Shown: positions 28,401 to 36,080 of the stretch, in pieces | Layout of the letters: each line of letters begins with the position of its first letter | How positions within the stretch are numbered: the stretch's first letter is position 1 | Assembly: GCA_045540175.1 (NCBI GenBank) | Contig: JAZQGU010000033.1 | Coordinates: 18,539 to 82,538, forward strand | Source of the DNA: Eubacteriales bacterium | Lineage (GTDB): Bacteria; Bacillota; Clostridia; Oscillospirales; CAG-272 | Length of the DNA stretch: 64,000 nucleotides | Direction: 5' to 3' | The notes under the pieces: generated by a model | Told to the model about the DNA's origin: nothing | Databases searched by the model: none | The model's input: only the letters and a program-made list of their open reading frames with translations | Program-made: the position numbers and the translations under genes

Positions 28401-30637
28401 AAATGGCAGTTATCGAAAACAAGTGGTACGTTCACGATCCCGCCGGTAAGAATGGCTGGCAGGGCGGCGGACCTAAGCAGAACTATCAGTGGAGCGGTAC
28501 TCTCGACGGTGCTATCACTCACATCGGCGGACACAATAACCTCCAGGATAGCGGTTCTGCACTTGTATTCACTGCACCCGTTGACGGAACCTTTAAGTTC
28601 GAAGCAGCTCTTTCGAGCACATGGTTCAACCAGACCACCCGTAAGGCATGGTCCGACTACATCATCCAGAAGTACGACGGAACCACCTACACCGAGCTTG
28701 TAAACGTTAACAACATCGACAAGCCCGATAAGACAGTTACTACCTTCGAAGCTACTGTTGAGCTCAAGAAGGGCGAACAGGTTATCATCATCAGAAAGCC
28801 TAACGCTACCGCTGTTACTCACAACGTATCGAGCGAAGGCTCTGCAACGATCAAGATCACAGCAATCAACCATATCTGCTCCGATGCAACAGTTGAGCAT
28901 ATCGAGGGCGACCTCCAGTTCTGCGCACCCGGCGTAGACGATTACTACAAGTGCTTCTGCGGCGCTCTCTATCAGGACGCTGACCTCACCAAGGAAATCG
29001 TAGAAGCTAAGCACGAGTGGAAGGACGGCGTTTGTGTAAACTGCAAGGAAGCTTGTAAGCACGACGCAACCTCTGACGACGCTACTTGTAACAAGGCAGC
29101 GATCTGCTCCATCTGCGGCGAGGAAGCTGCTCCCATCAATCCTAACAACCACGATCACGACGGCGTTTACGTAAACACCGGATACGGCACTCACAGATTC
29201 AACCGTACCTGCTGCAACGCTACCGATATCGCTAACGAAGCTTGTACTTACGGCGATGACAACATCTGTGATAAGTGCGGATACGACAAGACCGCTCTCG
29301 AAGCTCCCATCACTGCTGCTAAGGATATCCTCAAGGCTGCATTTGAGAACGAGTTCAAGGAAGGCGCAAACCAGATAACCGTTAAGGGTCCTGCTTCTCC
29401 TCTCGGCAGCGATTTCGCTCCCGAAGCAAGCGCAGTTACCATTGAAGGCTTCTCTTACGACCTCCTCAACGTACGCTTCGACGACGAAGGCAACGTATTC
29501 CTCCGTCACCACTTCACGATTCCTGCTGACGTTTCCGTTACCGTTACCGTTAACGGCGATGCTGTTGAGCTCGAAAACGTTGAAGACAGCAACCTCTACC
29601 ACATCGACGTTCCTGCAGTAGCAGGTAAGTACCATGTAGCAGACGAGATCGTTGTAAGCGACGGCACCAACACCATCACCTATAAGATCTCCGTTTACAC
29701 CTACATCAAGGTTGCTCTTGCAAGCGGAACTCTCACCGATAGCCAGACTGACGTCGTTAAGGCTCTCTACGACCTCAACGAAGCTATCATCAACCCCGTA
29801 ACTCCTAAGGCTCCCGAGCTTGTTGCTATGGCGAACCAGACCACCAAGAAGATCCAGGTATTCGATATCTCCACCGGCAATATGAATACTCCCGTTTGGG
29901 AATATAACATTACCGTTGGCGGCGTAAGCGGCTTCAAGTACCGCAACTACGGCACTTACGGCGACGTAATCCTCGTTACCGTTGGTACCAACGCTGAGAT
30001 CGCATCCTGCGATACCAAGGAAATCATCTGGAAGACCACCAATACTCCCGGAAACTCCCACAGCCTTGACATTATGCCTAACGGCGTAATCGCTGTAGGC
30101 GGAACCGTAGGACACACGGTTAACTTCTACAACATCAACGGCGCAGATCCCACAAAGATCCTCTACACTCTTCCCCTTAAGGATGCTCACGCAGTACTTT
30201 GGGATCCTGAGTACAAGGTACTTTGGGTAGCTGGCGAAGCTAATCTCTGGGCTCTCGACGTGACCCTCAACGACGACGGAACTGTTACCGTTAAGAAGGT
30301 TGACGATCTCTGTGTTGAAGCTCCCGACGGAAGCATCCACGACGTTCAGCCTTACGGCGGCGACAAGGACCTCCTCCTCGTTTCAACTCATCACTACATC
30401 TACACCTTCGATAAATCCACTTGCGAATTTACCGTTCTCCTCGAGCAGGACGATGTTAAGGGCGTAGGCATTCTTGAGAATGGCGACCTCGTCTACATCT
30501 ATCCCGATGGACTCGTAGAGCTCTGGAACTCCACTTGGATCAACCGTCTTGACGGCGAAGGCAACGTAGCTAAGATCGAATCTAACCAGGGCCGCTTCTA
30601 CAAGCTGCGCATCTGGAACCCCAATTACCAGTATTGA
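25409..30637 (+). CDS. 1742-aa secreted protein: five ~230-aa repeat modules, a Cys-rich region and a propeller-like C-terminal domain; function unknown
   Basis: GGAGG RBS. Signal peptide MKKRVLSFVLACFMVVSTFIITAPVAHVHA. Five modules share W(Y/F)xN, FTAPxDGxYxF and LxKGDxLxFxF. About 15 Cys between 28870 and 29290. The C-terminal ~275 aa has repeated strand/turn motifs. No recognisable anchor or catalytic motif. Confidence 0.85.
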   Translation: MKKRVLSFVLACFMVVSTFIITAPVAHVHAAETESETKWTLPVDWTTTDKKDDAGYDLPVKGNWELRTYPVPEAGVTGGDIFKVANKTGSGVPYLASPANEALKGNNNMKSWYLNWGARWSEVGGAFVPCTLDGLACVTTNVHSGPTAVAFTAPADGKYSFKEALTVTNFQSSNGTTLSIAALAMKVSDGVVTVLDNFTSSTTEASADELTGTVVLKKGDVLLFGFYNALDEKPSFVNNATTEKNYYGCYITELVVEKLPFEYIEGLNQWNLPVDWRETDLKNADGWEIPVKGNWELRSYAKAGTAPEDNFKGDKIGVNNTAESTGSPQPFLAGYKYNANMGPAAWYLNHGAKWSEVGGAIKGATYNGTTVVSPNVHNGPVAIAFTAPADGNYSFKEALTVTNFKSSNGTLLSIGALVMKVSGDELTVLDSFVSSTTEASNGVLEDKIALKKGDVLLFGFYNALDENPAFVNNAATENQFYGCYITELVVKQLPDEPVEGINQWTMASNWAKDLDVDSNGWELASKNNGLWRLTSFEDLSDITTMRNNASTAKAESGVGNDKTPYSYIESRNNRALLVNGVAEDWNGWYVNYRYRWQKMAFSSGNNSTFIRVYPGNSYNNPAAVFTAPEDGYYSYTETVKLVLADSVVAVKVLKNGTVLETATPTADGITVSGGVELAKGDLLMFAFVHESGTAPADNNPALELSNVVVALAEAPAAPEFTPVEHTLPMNWMETEKILGWYVAKQGNWHLTSYTNPDDITTSTWKEPTAEFAGAHNVAIEPAPWLENKQLNAGRDTFYINPGARWQGVTIFQSGDHTTNMRVIPSKGTNPSAVFTAPASGTYTFSEKFNGVNYGPGGGAATGSMTDSNGVAIEVIATVRKNGEVLKTFKVTNDNREGLLEGTVDLTKGDVLSFVFTLATDATIANHDSFLYIGETKVTQISEVADEPTDDPDEPIVDPTIKGDVQLPIIFDGTSLKDKLGLVELMGHGANGIYKENMEMAVIENKWYVHDPAGKNGWQGGGPKQNYQWSGTLDGAITHIGGHNNLQDSGSALVFTAPVDGTFKFEAALSSTWFNQTTRKAWSDYIIQKYDGTTYTELVNVNNIDKPDKTVTTFEATVELKKGEQVIIIRKPNATAVTHNVSSEGSATIKITAINHICSDATVEHIEGDLQFCAPGVDDYYKCFCGALYQDADLTKEIVEAKHEWKDGVCVNCKEACKHDATSDDATCNKAAICSICGEEAAPINPNNHDHDGVYVNTGYGTHRFNRTCCNATDIANEACTYGDDNICDKCGYDKTALEAPITAAKDILKAAFENEFKEGANQITVKGPASPLGSDFAPEASAVTIEGFSYDLLNVRFDDEGNVFLRHHFTIPADVSVTVTVNGDAVELENVEDSNLYHIDVPAVAGKYHVADEIVVSDGTNTITYKISVYTYIKVALASGTLTDSQTDVVKALYDLNEAIINPVTPKAPELVAMANQTTKKIQVFDISTGNMNTPVWEYNITVGGVSGFKYRNYGTYGDVILVTVGTNAEIASCDTKEIIWKTTNTPGNSHSLDIMPNGVIAVGGTVGHTVNFYNINGADPTKILYTLPLKDAHAVLWDPEYKVLWVAGEANLWALDVTLNDDGTVTVKKVDDLCVEAPDGSIHDVQPYGGDKDLLLVSTHHYIYTFDKSTCEFTVLLEQDDVKGVGILENGDLVYIYPDGLVELWNSTWINRLDGEGNVAKIESNQGRFYKLRIWNPNYQY
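25517..26911 (+). repeat. Intragenic tandem duplication (modules 1 and 2, period ~693-702 nt)
   Basis: Module starts are TKWTLPVDW (25517), NQWNLPVDW (26210) and NQWTMASNW (26912). Long near-identical DNA runs occur, for example ttcac(c/t)gctcccgcagacggaaa. Confidence 0.85.
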
Positions 30638-30652
30638 AAGGAGTAAATAATA

Positions 30653-30817
30653 ATGGAAAAGATTTTTGAAATGCCTGCTGCTATCGTAGTAGTATTTGAT
30701 AACGAAGACGTTATTACAAGCTCCGGGGTAAAGCCTACACCCAAGCCTGAAGATCCTGCTCCCGATCCTGAGCACGATCTCGGACCGAACGCACTCCCGG
30801 GATACAATCCCTTCTGA
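30653..30817 (+). CDS. 54-aa peptide co-transcribed with the giant gene (not in the ORF track)
   Basis: AAAGGAG RBS 9 nt upstream. The ATG lies 15 nt after the giant-gene stop. Sequence MEKIFEMPAAIVVVFDNEDVITSSGVKPTPKPEDPAPDPEHDLGPNALPGYNPF. A strong terminator follows. Confidence 0.45.
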   Translation: MEKIFEMPAAIVVVFDNEDVITSSGVKPTPKPEDPAPDPEHDLGPNALPGYNPF

Positions 30818-30832
30818 GTCGTAAATTGAATG

Positions 30833-30863
30833 AAAAACCACCTGCTTCGGCAGGTGGTTTTTT
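30833..30863 (+). terminator. Intrinsic terminator of the giant-gene operon
   Basis: AAAAA-CCACCTGC-ttcg-GCAGGTGG-TTTTTT. Confidence 0.9.
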
Positions 30864-30879
30864 GCGTCGAATTGTGTGG

Positions 30880-31300
30880 GCGATAACGTACGGAAGTATC
30901 GGGACGTCGTTAGCCTTCCCCTGAGGGTAGCGAAGCGGCGCGAGGGTGTTGAATGACGTGCCGGGGGCACGTCAGACCCCGAGCGTGCCCGAGCCGCAGC
31001 GAGACAGGGGGACCGCAGACGCTGCGTCTGCGGTGGATGAGGTGTTCCAAAGGAATGTAACATCGTATTTACGCGGGCGAGCACTGCTCGCCCCTACAAA
31101 CAACGTGCCGAAGATTCGCCGCGTCGTCAGCCTTCCCCTTGGGGAAGGGGGACCGCGTTAGCGGTGGATGAGGTGTAGGTTGCGAAGCAACCGTGTGTTA
31201 AACCGATGTAACACCGTTATTATGCGGGCGAGCACTGCTCGCCCCTACGAGAGAGTTTAAAAGCTAATTGTAATTTGGTTGTGATGCAACATCATTTTAA
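30880..31300. repeat. GC-rich mosaic repeat, locus 5 (two or more tandem units)
   Basis: GTGGATGAGGTG occurs twice about 135 nt apart, and GGGCGAGCactgCTCGCCCCTAC occurs twice. Also CCTTCCCCttgGGGAAGG, ATGTAACATCGT, and a 112-nt inverted copy of 11625-11736. Confidence 0.9.
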
Positions 31301-31364
31301 AACGGCGCGAGCAAGCCATTTACAAAAACAGCAAAATAAGTCACATAAGGTGCAAAATAGTTTA

Positions 31365-31393
31365 TTGACAAAAAGACATATTTCTTGTATCAT
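31365..31393 (+). promoter_or_regulatory. Candidate promoter of the TIM-barrel/oxidoreductase cluster
   Basis: TTGACA-17 nt-TATCAT. Confidence 0.4.
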
Positions 31394-31426
31394 AATATTG
31401 TAAAAAACATTGCAGGAGGTACTTTT

Positions 31427-32281
31427 ATGTATAACTTTCCTATTGGAGTAATGATTGATTCCTTCCGTCTTCCTATCAAGGAAGCAATAGCAAAAGCGGT
31501 CTCTATCGGTGCGGCAGGCTTCCAGATGTACGCAACCTACGGTGACCATTCTCCCGAGAATATGACCCCCGCAAAGATCGCGGAAATGAACGATATGGTT
31601 CGCTCGAACGGACTCGTTATCTCTGCTCTCTGCGGAGACCTCGGCCACGGCTTCGGAAACGCCGAAAAGAACCCCGCGCTTATCGAAAAGTCAAAGAGAA
31701 TAATCGACCTTGCAAAAGAGCTCGGAACGAACGTAGTAACGACACATATCGGCGTCGTTCCGAACGATCCGAACCACGACAGATATAAGATCATGCAGGA
31801 GGCTTGCTACGAGCTCAGCCGTTATGCCGACAATATCGACGCGCACTTTGCGATCGAAACCGGTCCCGAGACCTCTGCGGTTCTTAAGGCGTTCCTCGAT
31901 ACCCTTGATTCGACAGGCGTTGCAGTTAACCTCGACCCCGCAAACCTCGTTATGGTAACGGGCGACGATCCCGTTAAGGCGGTTCATAACCTTAAAAAGT
32001 ATATAGTTCACACCCACGCAAAGGACGGCATTAAGCTCGTCGACCGCGACCCCGAAATAATTTACGGCGTAACTCCCATGCCCGAGGATATGGAGAAGAT
32101 CGACTGCTTCAGCGAAGAGCCCCTCGGAAAGGGCGGCGTTGATTTCCCCGCATACTTGAAGGCACTTGAAGAGATCGGATACAAGGGCTTCCTCACTATC
32201 GAGCGTGAGTGCGGAGACGATCCCGCATCCGACATCGCCTGCGCGGCAAACTTCTTGCGCGGCATAATCGCTAATAACTGA
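31427..32281 (+). CDS. Sugar phosphate isomerase/epimerase (xylose isomerase-like TIM barrel)
   Basis: 284 aa from ATG 31427 with AGGAGG RBS. The pattern GAAGFQMY...HIGV...AIETGPE...NLDPANL...HAKD matches AP endonuclease 2 / IolE-like TIM barrels. Confidence 0.8.
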   Translation: MYNFPIGVMIDSFRLPIKEAIAKAVSIGAAGFQMYATYGDHSPENMTPAKIAEMNDMVRSNGLVISALCGDLGHGFGNAEKNPALIEKSKRIIDLAKELGTNVVTTHIGVVPNDPNHDRYKIMQEACYELSRYADNIDAHFAIETGPETSAVLKAFLDTLDSTGVAVNLDPANLVMVTGDDPVKAVHNLKKYIVHTHAKDGIKLVDRDPEIIYGVTPMPEDMEKIDCFSEEPLGKGGVDFPAYLKALEEIGYKGFLTIERECGDDPASDIACAANFLRGIIANN

Positions 32282-32295
32282 AAGGGGACTCAAAA

Positions 32296-33357
32296 ATGAG
32301 CAGACCGTTAAGAGTAGGAATAATCGGAACCGGAAGCATCAGCCATAGCCACATGGCAGGCTATAAGGCGCTCGGAGACGCAGTTACCGTTGTTGCGGCT
32401 TGTGATATCGACGAAAACAAGCTCGCGCGTTATTGTGATCAATACGGAATTCCGAATAAATATACGGATTTTAATGAAATGATGGCAAAAGAGGAGCTCG
32501 ATGCCGTCAGCGTTTGCACCTGGAACTCTGTTCACAAGGATGCAACCATAGCCGCACTTCGCGGAGGCGCGAACGTAATATGCGAAAAGCCTATGGCTAT
32601 GAACACCGAGGAAGCTATTGAGATGCTTGAGGTTTCGAAGGAGACCGGCAAGCTTCTCCAGATCGGCTTCGTTCGCCGTTTCGGTAACGATGCAGACGCA
32701 CTCAAGGAATACATCGCGGCAGATACATTCGGAGACATCTACTACGCAAAGGCAACTTATCTTCGCCGCTGCGGCTGCCCCGGCGGTTGGTTTGGCGATA
32801 AGTCCCGTTCGGGCGGAGGCCCCCTCATCGACCTCGGCGTTCACGTTATCGACCTTGTGCGTTACCTGGCAGGCTCACCTAAGGCGGTATCTGCATACGG
32901 CGTAACCTTCAATAACCTCGGCCCCGATCGCGCAAGCGGTGACAAGGAGTGGAAAGTCGAAAGCAAAGGCGACCCCTACACGGTAGAGGACTTCACAACC
33001 GCACTTATCAAATTCGATAACGGCTTTACCGTGTCTGTTGAGGCAAGCTTCAATCTTAACATTAAGAAGGATGTCGGAAACATCGAACTCTTCGGCACGA
33101 AAGCGGGTTGCACCATCAATCCCGATCTTGAAATTTTCACCCAGATGGCAGGCAAGTTCGTTAACGTCAAGCCGTGCGACAGCATAGCTCTTTCGTTTAA
33201 CGGTCTCTTTGAAAGAGAGATCAAGGGATTTATTGACGCTGTGAACGGTGATGCTCCCTGCATCGCAACTGCGGAAGACGGCGTTGAGCTTATGAGAATA
33301 ATCGACGCAATCTACGAGTCCGCGGCAACCGGACGTTCGGTAGATATTACAAGATAA
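32296..33357 (+). CDS. Gfo/Idh/MocA family oxidoreductase
   Basis: 353 aa. N-terminal Rossmann motif LRVGIIGTGSISHSH. The EKP motif (CEKPMA) is present. Confidence 0.85.
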   Translation: MSRPLRVGIIGTGSISHSHMAGYKALGDAVTVVAACDIDENKLARYCDQYGIPNKYTDFNEMMAKEELDAVSVCTWNSVHKDATIAALRGGANVICEKPMAMNTEEAIEMLEVSKETGKLLQIGFVRRFGNDADALKEYIAADTFGDIYYAKATYLRRCGCPGGWFGDKSRSGGGPLIDLGVHVIDLVRYLAGSPKAVSAYGVTFNNLGPDRASGDKEWKVESKGDPYTVEDFTTALIKFDNGFTVSVEASFNLNIKKDVGNIELFGTKAGCTINPDLEIFTQMAGKFVNVKPCDSIALSFNGLFEREIKGFIDAVNGDAPCIATAEDGVELMRIIDAIYESAATGRSVDITR

Positions 33358-33370
33358 AAGGAGTAGTATT

Positions 33371-34219
33371 ATGAAATTCAGCGTAAGTACGTACAGCTTC
33401 GGCGGTTACAGAGAAAAGAATTCTCTCGGTATATTCGGCGTAATCGACAAGGCAGTCGAAATGGGCTTCGACGGCATAGAGTTCATCGAGGACTATTGGC
33501 TCGAATGGCCTGACGAGGAGATCAAAAAGGTTGGACAATATGCGAGAGATAAGGGCCTTGAAACCGTCGCATTCTGCGTTGGAGCAGACCTCATAAACAG
33601 AGAAAACGAAGTAGAGCGCGTTTGCGGACTTCTTGATAAGGCAGCGCTTCTCGGCGTAAAGATGCTCCGCCACGATATCACAAGCGGACGCAGGGGCGTC
33701 AAAAACGGAATCGGCTACGCTTGCCTGCTTTCCGAGCTTGCGGAAAAATGCACCCGTATCACAGAGTATGCAGCATCGCTCGGCATCAAGACGATGACTG
33801 AAAACCACGGCTACTATTCTCAGGACGCAGACAGAGTCGCGTCTCTCATCGATGCTGTCGGCAACGATAATTTCGGTGTGCTCCTTGATCTCGGCAACTT
33901 TATGTGTGCAGACGAGGATCCCTCCCTTTCGGCATCCCGCCTCGCGCCCTACGCATTCCACGTTCATTGTAAGGACTTCCTTTACAAGAGCGGAATGGAG
34001 ATCAATCCCGGCGACGGCTGGTTTGTGACGAGAGCGGGCAATTATCTTCGCGGAACCATCGTCGGACACGGCGAAGCAAAGATCGCACAGAGCCTTGCAA
34101 TGTTGAAGAAAAAGGGCTACGACGGCTTCATATCGCTCGAATTCGAAGGAACCGAGGATAATATCGTCGGAATCAAGATGGGTCTCAGCAATATCAAGAG
34201 ATTCTGGGAAATGGCATAA
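33371..34219 (+). CDS. Sugar phosphate isomerase/epimerase (TIM barrel), second copy
   Basis: 282 aa. GFDGIEF...TENH...LLDLGNF...HCKD. Confidence 0.8.
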   Translation: MKFSVSTYSFGGYREKNSLGIFGVIDKAVEMGFDGIEFIEDYWLEWPDEEIKKVGQYARDKGLETVAFCVGADLINRENEVERVCGLLDKAALLGVKMLRHDITSGRRGVKNGIGYACLLSELAEKCTRITEYAASLGIKTMTENHGYYSQDADRVASLIDAVGNDNFGVLLDLGNFMCADEDPSLSASRLAPYAFHVHCKDFLYKSGMEINPGDGWFVTRAGNYLRGTIVGHGEAKIAQSLAMLKKKGYDGFISLEFEGTEDNIVGIKMGLSNIKRFWEMA

Positions 34220-34224
34220 TTTTT

Positions 34225-34250
34225 GGGGGCTTGAAAAAGCCCCCTTTTTT
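34225..34250 (+). terminator. Intrinsic terminator
   Basis: GGGGGC-ttgaaaaa-GCCCCC-TTTTTT. Confidence 0.8.
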
Positions 34251-34343
34251 CACCCTTCTTACCCCGTTAAAACAGGAAACTAAGATCGTTTTCGCGCGCG
34301 AGGAATAAGATATTCTCTACTGCGGATTTCCAAGACACATAAC

Positions 34344-34370
34344 AAAAATCCTGCCTTTCGGCAGGATTTT
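34344..34370. terminator. Terminator of the glycogen operon (bidirectional)
   Basis: AAAAATCCTGCC-tttc-GGCAGGATTTTT. Confidence 0.85.
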
Positions 34371-36080
34371 TCAAATTATTTGATAAGTCATTTCGTGAGG
34401 GTCAAAGGTAAGAGAGATGTTTTCACTTCCGAGCGAGCGGGTAATGGTGATGGTGTCATCATCATCGAGAGTGATAGAGAGAGCACCTTGCCTAAGTGCG
34501 GGGGTGGTATTGCGGAGAGCCGCGAGCGATCTGTAATGCTCTGTCAAGGTTTCCGCGTTTTCGGTCGGACAGAAATAGCCGCGATTGAAGGGATCGCTTC
34601 CGCCCGTCATTCCGACCTCGTCGCCATAGTATATACTCGGCATTCCGGGGAGGAAAAACTGTATTGTAGACGCGAGCTTGAGCGCCTTTACTGTGTCCTC
34701 GATCTCTCTGCCGAGCTCGGTCAGGATTCTCGTAGTATCGTGGCTTGACAAGAACGTCATTGAGCAATTCAGCGCGTCAAACGGATAGTTTTCGTACAAA
34801 CGCTCGATGATTGATCTGAATTCAATCGCGCAGATGCGTCCGCAGAGAAGGTTGATTATCGCGTCTCTGAACGGATAGTTCATAACTCCGTCAAGCTCTC
34901 CGCCGCTGAAATATTTACGGCGAACGTCGTACGAGATCTTATTCGACGCGTCCTCCCAGACCTCGCCGATGACGATCGCGTTCGGATCAATTTCCTTTAC
35001 GCGCTTACGCAGAAGCGCGATGAAGCCGTCGGGCAGCTCGTCTGCGACGTCGAGACGGAAGCCGCTTGCCCCCAGCTTGAGCCAATGCGCGACAACGCTA
35101 TCCTCGTTTCTGATTATCAGATCAAGGAAGCCGTCGGACATTTCATTCACGCAAGGAAGCGTGTCGATATCCCACCACGAGGTATATTCACTCGGGTATT
35201 TTTTGAAATCGAACCACGAACGGTATGGCGAATTCGGATCACTTACTGCACCGCCGCCGAAAACGCCCTCGCGGTCGAAATATTTACTATCACTTCCGAC
35301 ATGCGAGAAAACGCCGTCGAGAATTATCTTGATTCCCTGCTCCTTTGCCGAACTGCAAAGCGAAACGAAGTCGTCCTCCGTACCGAGCATAGGATCAATA
35401 CGCATATAGTCAGCGGTGTCGTAGCGGTGATTCGAGAACGCCATAAATATCGGGTTCAGATATATAACACCGACGCCGAGCGAACGTAAATACGGAAGCT
35501 TTTCCTCGATTCCGCGCAGGTTTCCGCCATAAAAATCGGTGTTCCAGAAGCCGTGCTCGTCGGGTCCCTTCATAGGCGGCTCGGTAATGTCCTTATGTAC
35601 CGTGAACGGCTTAAGCTTCTCGGTCAGGTCACACTCCCCGCTCTTATGGAAGCGGTCGGGGAAAATTTGATACATAACCTTGCCGCCGAAGCCGTCGGGT
35701 GCCCTATAATCCCGCGGCAATACGGTAAGCTGCCATTTTTCGCCTTCCTCGATGTTCGTATCGTGGTCGCCGTAGCGGAAAAGGCGGAAGGATCCGCACT
35801 CCTTACGGACTGTGAAATAGTAGAAATACAGACCCTCTTCACTCAGCGAAAAATCGCCCGAAAAGCGTCTGTATTCATTCCCGTCGCAAATAGAACCAAG
35901 GGGGACGGTCAGAGTCTGACCGCCCTCCTGTTCAATAATGATCTTTACCTCTGTCGCTCCCGTACTTATCGGCACCGAGATCGAAATATGGCAATTTTCA
36001 TCTGCTACTATGCACCCGAAGGGTGATTTGTGCTCTTTTTTTGCGCTGTCGTACAAAATGCGCTGGGGGTAATTACTCAT
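34371..36080 (-). CDS. GH13 alpha-amylase family protein (neopullulanase/cyclomaltodextrinase-like)
   Basis: 569 aa. GH13 regions are DGVFSHV, GFRLDVADE, GEVWED and FLSSHD. Its start overlaps the glgP stop (ATGA). Confidence 0.85.
   Translation of the reverse strand: MSNYPQRILYDSAKKEHKSPFGCIVADENCHISISVPISTGATEVKIIIEQEGGQTLTVPLGSICDGNEYRRFSGDFSLSEEGLYFYYFTVRKECGSFRLFRYGDHDTNIEEGEKWQLTVLPRDYRAPDGFGGKVMYQIFPDRFHKSGECDLTEKLKPFTVHKDITEPPMKGPDEHGFWNTDFYGGNLRGIEEKLPYLRSLGVGVIYLNPIFMAFSNHRYDTADYMRIDPMLGTEDDFVSLCSSAKEQGIKIILDGVFSHVGSDSKYFDREGVFGGGAVSDPNSPYRSWFDFKKYPSEYTSWWDIDTLPCVNEMSDGFLDLIIRNEDSVVAHWLKLGASGFRLDVADELPDGFIALLRKRVKEIDPNAIVIGEVWEDASNKISYDVRRKYFSGGELDGVMNYPFRDAIINLLCGRICAIEFRSIIERLYENYPFDALNCSMTFLSSHDTTRILTELGREIEDTVKALKLASTIQFFLPGMPSIYYGDEVGMTGGSDPFNRGYFCPTENAETLTEHYRSLAALRNTTPALRQGALSITLDDDDTITITRSLGSENISLTFDPHEMTYQII

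Noticed and set aside
25427-30340. 1637-aa ORF on the minus strand opposite the giant gene
   Set aside because: It is in the same codon phase as the sense gene and exists only because the sense strand avoids TTA/CTA/TCA. It has no RBS, and its translation is low-complexity (V/G/S/N-rich) with no motifs. The sense frame has a signal peptide, a repeat structure and an RBS.
30653-34219. RiPP biosynthetic cluster (small peptide followed by oxidoreductase and TIM-barrel genes)
   Set aside because: A strong terminator and a 560-nt repeat array separate the peptide from the downstream genes. Those genes are sugar-metabolism folds. No radical-SAM, cyclodehydratase, lanthionine synthetase, protease or exporter genes are present.
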